Shown: piece by piece, positions 18,171 through 25,961 of the stretch
How positions within the stretch are numbered: the stretch's first letter is position 1
Layout of the letters: every line of letters begins with the position of its first letter
DNA from: an uncultured Bifidobacteriaceae bacterium
Lineage (GTDB): Bacteria > Acidobacteriota > Vicinamibacteria > Vicinamibacterales > UBA2999
Assembly: GCA_964372085.1 (NCBI GenBank)
Contig: CAYJPQ010000012.1
Span: 694 to 64,693 of the forward strand
Length of the DNA: 64,000 nt
Direction of reading: 5' to 3'
Notes under the pieces: model-generated
What the model saw: the letters and a program-made list of their open reading frames with translations, nothing else
Databases searched by the model: none
Told to the model about the DNA's origin: nothing
Translations under genes and position numbers: made by a program

Positions 18171-18712
18171 TACAGTTTCTCAACCTGCAGGAAATCGAGC
18201 TCGACCGGCGTGGCGCGGCCGAAGATGGTCACCATGACCTTCAACGTGTTCTTGTCGACGTTGACCTCGTCGACGACGCCGTTGAAGCCGGTGAACGGCC
18301 CCTCGTTGATGCGCACCTGGTCGCCCTTGTCGAACGTGTACTTCGGCTTCGGCTTCTCCGCCGCCGTCTTCACCTGGTCGAGAATCTGCTCGACCTCTTC
18401 CTTGGTGAGGGGCGTCGGCTTGGCGCCCGCCCCCACGAACCCGGTGACCTTCGGCGTGTTCTTCACGACGTGCCACGCGTTGTCGGTCATGTTCATCTCG
18501 ACCAGGATGTAGCCGGGGAAGAAGCGCTTGGAGGAGACCACCTTGCGGCCCCCGCGCATCTCCACGACGTCCTCGGTCGGGATGAGGATCTCGCCGATCT
18601 CGTCGGCGAGGCCATACGCGTTCTTGCGCTCCGCCAGCGACTCGGCCACCTTCTTCTCGAACCCCGAGTAGGTGTGGACGATGTACCAGCTCTTCGTGGC
18701 GACGTCCGTCAT
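18170..18712 (-). CDS. nusG: Transcription termination/antitermination factor NusG
   Basis: ATG at 18712 ([22 protein letters not shown]...), KOW region [22 protein letters not shown] overlap with the secE stop. The longer track ORF to 19039 would cross secE and tRNA-Trp. Confidence 0.93.
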   Translation of the reverse strand: MTDVATKSWYIVHTYSGFEKKVAESLAERKNAYGLADEIGEILIPTEDVVEMRGGRKVVSSKRFFPGYILVEMNMTDNAWHVVKNTPKVTGFVGAGAKPTPLTKEEVEQILDQVKTAAEKPKPKYTFDKGDQVRINEGPFTGFNGVVDEVNVDKNTLKVMVTIFGRATPVELDFLQVEKL

Positions 18713-18975
18713 GCCGCCCCGAATCGCGAGAACAGCCACTGCACGGCGCCATTGAGCAGCAGGTCCACGCTGAAGAGGTACAACCCGAAAAACACCGACG
18801 TGAGAATCACGACGACCGTCGTCGCGTAGACCTCGCGGTTGCTCGGCCACGTGACGCGCTTCATCTCGTTGCGCACCTCGGCGAGGAACTCGCGCGTGCG
18901 CGTCCACCAGCCCAGGGGGGCCTGCAGGGCGCCACCGCCGTCGCCGGACTGCCGTTCCAAAGTGTCGGTCTTCAT
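18709..18975 (-). CDS. secE: Preprotein translocase subunit SecE
   Basis: 88 aa with [17 protein letters not shown] followed by one TM helix; canonical position upstream of nusG. Confidence 0.85.
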   Translation of the reverse strand: MKTDTLERQSGDGGGALQAPLGWWTRTREFLAEVRNEMKRVTWPSNREVYATTVVVILTSVFFGLYLFSVDLLLNGAVQWLFSRFGAA

Positions 18976-19009
18976 CGCTTCGCAAAGTGCCGCGTGCCCG
19001 AGTCCAGAA

Positions 19010-19085
19010 TGGCAGGCCAGGAGGGAATCGAACCCCCAACCCCCGGTTTTGGAGACCGGTGCTCTGCCAATTGAGCTACTGGCCT
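19010..19085 (-). tRNA. tRNA-Trp (anticodon CCA), CCA end encoded
   Basis: Minus strand AGGCCAG...CTCCAAA...GGTTCGATTCC...CTGGCCT-G-CCA; 7-bp acceptor stem and anticodon loop read manually. Confidence 0.9.
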
Positions 19086-19091
19086 ACGCGC

Positions 19092-19241
19092 CTACTTCTG
19101 CTCCTTGTGCGGCGTGTGTTTCCGGCAGAACCGGCAGTACTTGCTCAGCTCGATCCGCTCGGTGGTCTTCTTCTTGTTCTTCGTCGAGCTGTAGTTCCGG
19201 CGCTTGCACTCGCCGCACGCCAGTTGAATGATGTCGCGCAT
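19092..19241 (-). CDS. rpmG: 50S ribosomal protein L33
   Basis: Own translation: [49 protein letters not shown]. The track shows only an overlapping wrong-frame ORF (19084..19332). Confidence 0.9.
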   Translation of the reverse strand: MRDIIQLACGECKRRNYSSTKNKKKTTERIELSKYCRFCRKHTPHKEQK

Positions 19242-19256
19242 TGCCTGTTCCTTGCT

Positions 19257-19334
19257 GGTGCAGGGGTGCAGGGTGCAGGGTGCCGCGGTGCGAACCTAGC
19301 ACCCGTGCACCCTGCGCCCGTGCACGATGCACCC
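19257..19334. repeat. Inverted blocks of GGTGCAGG / CCGTGCAC units forming a hairpin between tuf and rpmG
   Basis: Left block GGTGCAGGGGTGCAGGGTGCAGGGTGCC; right block GCACCCGTGCACCCTGCGCCCGTGCACGATGCACCC. The exact 9-mer GGTGCACGG (minus strand of 19303-19311) is the unit of the 1170-1304 repeat. Confidence 0.8.
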
Positions 19335-19335
19335 G

Positions 19336-20535
<1,200 letters not shown>

Positions 20536-20689
20536 GACTCGCCTTCGCTCGCTTCCTCGAACGACCCGGCCCCGTGCCGGCGTCGGTAGTGGTTAACGCC
20601 ATCCCCCGGCTGGCCTGCCAGCCGAAGCTCGAAACCTGCAATTGCCGCCCGCCGCCGCGGGCATCCTTCGCACGAATCGGGGCGAAGGA

Positions 20690-20765
<76 letters not shown>

Positions 20766-20913
20766 CTTCGCCTCGGCTGGACACCCGCCTCGGCTACGGC
20801 CGACCAGTCGGCCTCACTCAACCGCGCGACGCCATCCGAGTCGTCACCTGCAATCGCGTCGGACTGGCCTGCCAGCCGTCGCTCGAAGTCGGTGGTGCCC
20901 TTCGAGCGGAGGC

Positions 20914-20988
20914 TGGAGCGGGAGACGGGGATCGAACCCGCGACCAACAGCTTGGAAGGCTGTGACTCTACCACTGAGTTACTCCCGC
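20914..20988 (-). tRNA. tRNA-Gly (TCC), CCA encoded
   Basis: GCGGGAG acceptor stem, anticodon stem-loop ACAGC-CTTCCAA-GCTGT, GGTTCGATCC T-loop. Confidence 0.9.
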
Positions 20989-21136
20989 CTTCGTCCCTTC
21001 GGGACTTCGGCGGGCACGCCCGCTAGTCCCTCGCCTCTCGCGCTCCCTCGCACTTCGGCGAGGTCAACCCGCCGACCACTTCTGGCTTGCCCAGCCGAAG
21101 CTCGATGCCCCCCCGTGGAGCGAATCGAGCGAAGGC

Positions 21137-21223
21137 TGGTGGGCAGGGGAGGATTCGAACCTCCGTAGCCGCTGGGGCGGCAGATTTACAGTCTGCTGCG
21201 ATTGACCGCTCCGCCACCTGCCC
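21137..21223 (-). tRNA. tRNA-Tyr (GTA) with long variable arm, CCA encoded
   Basis: GGGCAGG acceptor stem, anticodon stem-loop GCAGA-CTGTAAA-TCTGC, long extra arm, GGTTCGAATCC T-loop. Confidence 0.9.
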
Positions 21224-21276
21224 CGAAAAACCCTTAAGTTCTTGTCGTGATAAGGATGACCCCTGCCACGCCTGAT

Positions 21277-21353
21277 TGGAGCTGGCGGAGGGATTTGAAC
21301 CCCCGACCGGCTGATTACAAATCAGCTGCTCTACCGGGCTGAGCTACGCCAGC
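21277..21353 (-). tRNA. tRNA-Thr (TGT), CCA encoded
   Basis: GCTGGCG acceptor stem, anticodon stem-loop GCTGA-TTTGTAA-TCAGC, GGTTCAAATCC T-loop. Confidence 0.9.
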
Positions 21354-21369
21354 CTAGACAAAGAATCGA

Positions 21370-21399
21370 ATGCTAGCACGACTCATGCCAGTGGCGCAA
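21370..21399 (-). promoter_or_regulatory. Candidate promoter of the tRNA-tuf operon (-35 TTGCGC, 18-nt spacer ending TGC, -10 TAGCAT)
   Basis: Minus strand TTGCGC CACTGGCATGAGTCG TGC TAGCAT, about 16 nt upstream of the first tRNA 5' end. Same layout as the rpsL candidate. Confidence 0.5.
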
Positions 21400-21461
21400 G
21401 CCGATGAGGCGGGATCTGAACAATTCTGTCCTCCTCCGGGGTCCATGCGGCCGTCTTCCCG

Positions 21462-21503
21462 TGGGGCTTACGCCCCCGGTTCCCATGGGGCTTACGCCCC
21501 CGG
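21462..21503. repeat. Two copies of TGGGGCTTACGCCCCCGG (24-bp period), small GC hairpins
   Basis: Exact 18-mers at 21462-21479 and 21486-21503. The loop TTA of the second copy is the rlmB stop codon on the minus strand. Confidence 0.85.
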
Positions 21504-22226
21504 CCTCCCCCGGCTTCGCTGGCGGACCGCCTCGTATAAGACGATGGCAGCCGCCGCAGAAACATTGAGACTGCCCACGTGGCCCCGCATGGGGATGGAG
21601 ACCACCTGGTCGCACCGTTCCCGCACGAGCCGTCGCAGCCCGTGCCCTTCAGCACCCACGACGAGCGCCGTGGGAAGGGTGAGATCCCATTCATGATAGG
21701 CCATCTTGGCGCCGGCGTCGAGTCCTACCGTCCACACTCCGGCTCTTTTCAGCTCTTCGAGGGACCGCGCGATGTTCACCACGTCGGCCACCCGCACGTG
21801 ATGCACCGCCCCGGCCGACGCCTTGGCCGCCGCCCCGTCGAGGGCCGCCGCCCGGCGGGTTTGCCGCACGACCCCGGTGGCCCCGGCGGCGTCCACCGTC
21901 CGCAGGATGGCCCCGACGTTCTGCGGGTCTTCCACTTCGTCCAGCACCACGATGAGGGCGGGCGCCCCGCCAGGCCCGCCCGCCGCCAACTCCTCGAGCG
22001 TGGCCTCGGGCACAGGCGTAACGTCGGCCACCACGCCCTGATGCACCCCGCGGCGCGACTCGGCGTCGAGCACCTCCTTCCCCACCCGCTGCACGGGCAC
22101 ACCGCGCGCGGCGGCCTCGTCCAGCAGCCGCTGCAGGCGGTCGTCGCCGCGGCCGGCCACGCGAATGGCCCTCACGCGTCCGGCGCGCAGGGCCTCGGCG
22201 ATGGGATTGATGCCGTAAACGATCAC
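21492..22226 (-). CDS. rlmB: SpoU/TrmH-family 23S rRNA 2'-O-methyltransferase (RlmB-like)
   Basis: 244 aa (GTG start). Has the N-terminal substrate-binding region and C-terminal SpoU motifs (LDEVEDPQNVGAILRT, LVVGAEGHGL, IPMRGHVGSLNVSAA). Confidence 0.85.
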   Translation of the reverse strand: MIVYGINPIAEALRAGRVRAIRVAGRGDDRLQRLLDEAAARGVPVQRVGKEVLDAESRRGVHQGVVADVTPVPEATLEELAAGGPGGAPALIVVLDEVEDPQNVGAILRTVDAAGATGVVRQTRRAAALDGAAAKASAGAVHHVRVADVVNIARSLEELKRAGVWTVGLDAGAKMAYHEWDLTLPTALVVGAEGHGLRRLVRERCDQVVSIPMRGHVGSLNVSAAAAIVLYEAVRQRSRGRPGA

Positions 22227-22255
22227 GGAGATAGTGTAGTCAACAGGGAGGCTCC

Positions 22256-22930
22256 ATGCGCTTCACGCTTGCGCTCGTCGTCGCCTGCTCGCTCGGCGTC
22301 GTCCTGGCCGCAGGGCTGCCTTATGCGCCCGCGCGCTATGTCACGGGGGCGCGTCCTGGGCTGCCGGCCCTGGCGGTGGGGGGCGGGCAGGCCTTTCTCG
22401 AACTCGTGATTAGCCCCTCGGGCGGCGTCACCACGGCTACGCCGCTGCGGAGCACACCGCCCTTCACCCAGGCAGTGACCGCAGCCGCGCTCGGCTGGCT
22501 GTTTTCCCCGGCCGAGGAAGACACCCTGGATCCGGACGGCAAGCCCACCGGCCGCGCGTCAGTGCCCGCGAAGGTGCTCGTCGCCGCGCTGTACCGGGCG
22601 CCAACCCTGCTGACGCCGACCCTTGGCGAGCGCCCGAAGGATGTGGCCTCGGCATCCCCTGAGGTAGCCTTTCCAACCGCGACCCCTGAACCCGTCTACC
22701 CGCCACAGGCCCGCGGGAGCGGCGTGGTGCTGATCGAGGCCCTCGTGGACCAGGGCGGGAAGATAGTCGAGGCGAAGGTGATTGGCTCCGCCCCGCCCTT
22801 CGACGAGCCGGCGCTCGAAGCCGCACGGCGGTGGCGGTTCCGCCCCGCGCGGGTGCGCGGCCGCGCCACGGCGACGTTCGCGTACCTGCTGTTCGGGTTC
22901 CCCGAGCCCGTCACGGGCAACGGGCAGTAG
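22256..22930 (+). CDS. Secreted protein with TonB C-terminal-like domain(s)
   Basis: 224 aa with a signal peptide. C-terminus PVYPPQARGSGVVLIEALVDQGGKIVEAKV...ALEAARRWRFRPA matches the TonB_C pattern; a weaker earlier copy is also present. Confidence 0.65.
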   Translation: MRFTLALVVACSLGVVLAAGLPYAPARYVTGARPGLPALAVGGGQAFLELVISPSGGVTTATPLRSTPPFTQAVTAAALGWLFSPAEEDTLDPDGKPTGRASVPAKVLVAALYRAPTLLTPTLGERPKDVASASPEVAFPTATPEPVYPPQARGSGVVLIEALVDQGGKIVEAKVIGSAPPFDEPALEAARRWRFRPARVRGRATATFAYLLFGFPEPVTGNGQ

Positions 22931-22953
22931 GCCCGTCGCCTTCTGCCTTCCGG

Positions 22954-22962
22954 TGTTATAGT
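22954..22962 (+). promoter_or_regulatory. Candidate extended -10 element TGT-TATAGT upstream of the receptor gene
   Basis: Read directly; ~95 nt upstream of the ATG at 23058. No strong -35. Confidence 0.3.
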
Positions 22963-23057
22963 TCGCCCCAAATTCCTACTGAGGCCCGGTCCAGCGGGCT
23001 GCGTTGCACGGCCTACTCGCTTCGTCAGGGGGGTTCGTTCGGTCACAGGGAGGGTCT

Positions 23058-25961
23058 ATGCGCGTGCGTATCGTCTGCATCGCAGTATTCGCGGTCTTCG
23101 GGCTCGGCCTCGGCGTGGGCGCAGCGCAGGACGCGTCGATCCTGGGCAGCGTGGTCGACGACACCAAGGCGGCCCTGCCGGGCGTCACGGTGACCGCCAC
23201 GTCCATCGACACCGGCCGGGTGCACACCGCCATCACCGACGCGCGCGGCGACTACCGGCTGCGGAGCCTCCCGCCGGGCCGCTACAAGTTGCAGGCCGAA
23301 CTGGCCGGCTTCTCCACCGTGGTCGTCAGCGAGGTGGAGCTGCTCGTGGGGCAAAACCGCACCGTGCCTCTCGCGATGAAGGTGGCAAGCCTCCAGGAGA
23401 CGGTTACCGTCACGGGCGAGTCGCCCCTGGTCGACATCAGCTCCACCCAGGTGGGCGGCAACGTGGATCGCCGGCAGATGGAAGAGCTCCCCCTGCAGGG
23501 CCGCAACTGGATGGAACTGGCCATGCAGGTGAAGGGCATCACGGCCAACGCCGTGGACAACACGCCCGGCGTGCGCGATCGGCAGTTCCAGCTCAATCTC
23601 GATGGCCAGGAGATCACGCAACAAGTGGCGGGCGGCGGCTTCGGCCAGCCTCGGTTCAGCCGCGAAGCCATCGCCGAGTTCCAGGTGGTGACCAACCTCT
23701 TCGACATCACGCAGGGCCGCTCGCTCGGCATGCAGGTGCAGGCCATCTCGCGCTCGGGGACGAACAACCTCGACGGCAGCGTCTACGGCTACTTCCGCGA
23801 CGATGCGCTGAACGCCAAGGACTTCGTCGCCAACCGCGTGCTGCCCTATTCGAACCAGCAGATCGGGGCGGCCGTCGGCGGCCCCATCGTGAAGGACCGG
23901 GTGCACTACTTCCTGTCCTACGAGCGGGAGAACGAGCCCAACACCATCATTACGTCGGTGGCGAGGCTGCCGGGCAGCAGTTGGTCGTTCGACACCAAGA
24001 CCGTGCAGAACAGCTTCCTGGGCCGCGCCGACTACCAGTGGACGGTCGACAACCACTTCACCGCGCGCGCGTCGTATTGGGACTGGGGCAACCCGTTCAC
24101 CCAGGTGTCGGGCACCGAGCACCCGTCGCAGGCGGCGAACCGATCGCGCCGGGCCATCAACGTGGTCGGCACGTGGTCGAACGTGCTCAGCGGCTCGACG
24201 CTCCAGGAGGTGCGCATCGGCTACACGCACTTCGACTGGAGGAACCAGTTGGCCGTGGCGGCGCTCGCCGACACGCCCAACTACGTGTTTCCGGGCCTCA
24301 CCGTGGGCCAGCGGCGCAACTACCCGCAGGAGTTCTTCCAGAACACCATCACGGCGCGCTACGACCTGACCAAGCATGTCGACCGTCACGACATGAAGTT
24401 CGGCGCCGAGTTCCTGCGGTGGCACGACACCGGCCAGTGGCAACTGCTCTCGCGCGGCGAGTTCATCTTCACGCGCGCCCCCACGGACCTGCTGCGCCGC
24501 TTCCCGGTCGACGCGTGGAACGACCCCTCCAGGTGGGACGTGACCGGCCTCGACAGCTTCGCGCAGCGCTACGACCTGAACTTCGGCGACTGGACCATCG
24601 ACATCCCGCGGCCCACACTGGGCATCTGGTTCGGCGACACGTGGCGCATCAGCGACGAGCTGACGGTGAACTACGGCGTGCGGTGGGATGCCGACTGGGG
24701 CGCGCTCGACCCGCCGCACGTCACCACGCAGGCCACGTTCAACCCGCGGGGCGGGGCGCAGTACGACGACATCGAGCTGGCCGCGGGTGACCGGCTCTAC
24801 CCGGGCGGCCTGCGCGACATCATGAATATCGCGCCGCGGGGCGGCTTTTCGTGGAACATCGGGGGATCGAGCCGGTTCGTGGTGCGCGGCGGCACGGGGC
24901 TCTACTACAGCATTCCCGACTCGAACACCACGTTCAGCCAGCAGTCGTTCAACGGCGAGCGCATCCTGGTGAACTCGTTTCCCAACGACGGCCTGCCCAA
25001 CTTCGTGCAGGATCCGACGCGCGGCCGGACGGAAGCGGACTACCTGAGCGGCAAGTACCCGCTGCCGGCGCAGTCGCCGCGGGTGATCGCGCACGATTAC
25101 CAGATGCCCTACACGTGGCAGAGCACCATCGGCATGCAGACCCAGGTGGGCGACATCTGGGGCGTGGAGGCCGACTTCACCCACTGGAAGGGCGAGAACT
25201 TCGCCAACCAGCGCGACCCCAACCTGTTCTACAACCCGGCGACGGGCTACAACCTCAGCCCCTCCACCGGACGGCCCGACCCGGCCTACGGTCGCATCCA
25301 GTGGCTCGAGGCAGACGGCTCGGCCGACTTCGGCGCCGTGTCGGCCGCCGTCACGCGCCGCTACCGCAACAACTGGCAGGCCAGCGCCAGCTACACACTG
25401 GTGCTCTTCCAGAACGACGACACAACCAGCTTCCAGTACGAGGCCAACAACCCGTTTGATCCGGGGGCCGACTGGGCGCGCTCCACCGAGTTCCAGCGGC
25501 ACACGCTCCGCTTGAACGGCATCTGGCGCATTCCCTGGGGCATGTCGGTGTCGGGGGCCTACCTCTTCGGGTCGGGGAACTACTACGCCACCACGTTTGC
25601 GGCCAACCCGTTCGGGCACACCGGCGTCAACCGGTTCGTGACGGCGCCCGTCACGGTGAACGCCGCGGCAATGGATCGCTTCGACGGCAACGCGAGCTAC
25701 GCCATCGGCGAGCTGATTCCCCGCAACGCCCTCCAGGGCCTGGCGCTCCACCGCGTGGACCTGCGGCTGTCGAAGGACGTCGAGCTCGGGCGCGGCATGA
25801 AGCTCACGGGCATCGCCGAGGTCTTCAACATCCTGAACCACAAGAACTACGGCGCCTACAACGCCCAGGTGAACTCGGCCACCTTTGGTGATCCGCGGCA
25901 GAACCTGCTGAACGCGTACCAGCCGCGCGTGGTGCAGCTGGCCGCGAAGCTGTCGTTCTAG
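23058..25961 (+). CDS. TonB-dependent receptor-like outer-membrane protein with N-terminal CarboxypepD_reg domain
   Basis: ATG at 23058 preceded by AGGGAGGG. Has a signal peptide and the segment GSVVDDTKAALPGVTVTATSIDTGRVHTAITDARGDYRLRSLPPGRYKL. Long beta-rich C-terminal part ends in a terminal Phe. Confidence 0.85.
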   Translation: MRVRIVCIAVFAVFGLGLGVGAAQDASILGSVVDDTKAALPGVTVTATSIDTGRVHTAITDARGDYRLRSLPPGRYKLQAELAGFSTVVVSEVELLVGQNRTVPLAMKVASLQETVTVTGESPLVDISSTQVGGNVDRRQMEELPLQGRNWMELAMQVKGITANAVDNTPGVRDRQFQLNLDGQEITQQVAGGGFGQPRFSREAIAEFQVVTNLFDITQGRSLGMQVQAISRSGTNNLDGSVYGYFRDDALNAKDFVANRVLPYSNQQIGAAVGGPIVKDRVHYFLSYERENEPNTIITSVARLPGSSWSFDTKTVQNSFLGRADYQWTVDNHFTARASYWDWGNPFTQVSGTEHPSQAANRSRRAINVVGTWSNVLSGSTLQEVRIGYTHFDWRNQLAVAALADTPNYVFPGLTVGQRRNYPQEFFQNTITARYDLTKHVDRHDMKFGAEFLRWHDTGQWQLLSRGEFIFTRAPTDLLRRFPVDAWNDPSRWDVTGLDSFAQRYDLNFGDWTIDIPRPTLGIWFGDTWRISDELTVNYGVRWDADWGALDPPHVTTQATFNPRGGAQYDDIELAAGDRLYPGGLRDIMNIAPRGGFSWNIGGSSRFVVRGGTGLYYSIPDSNTTFSQQSFNGERILVNSFPNDGLPNFVQDPTRGRTEADYLSGKYPLPAQSPRVIAHDYQMPYTWQSTIGMQTQVGDIWGVEADFTHWKGENFANQRDPNLFYNPATGYNLSPSTGRPDPAYGRIQWLEADGSADFGAVSAAVTRRYRNNWQASASYTLVLFQNDDTTSFQYEANNPFDPGADWARSTEFQRHTLRLNGIWRIPWGMSVSGAYLFGSGNYYATTFAANPFGHTGVNRFVTAPVTVNAAAMDRFDGNASYAIGELIPRNALQGLALHRVDLRLSKDVELGRGMKLTGIAEVFNILNHKNYGAYNAQVNSATFGDPRQNLLNAYQPRVVQLAAKLSF

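Noticed and set aside
18713-19039. Upstream extension of the nusG ORF (track 18170..19039) and the 82-aa ORF 19084..19332
   Set aside because: The extension would overlap secE and tRNA-Trp. NusG homology begins at ATG 18712. The 82-aa ORF is the wrong frame over rpmG, whose true product ([19 protein letters not shown]...) I translated from 19241 to 19092.
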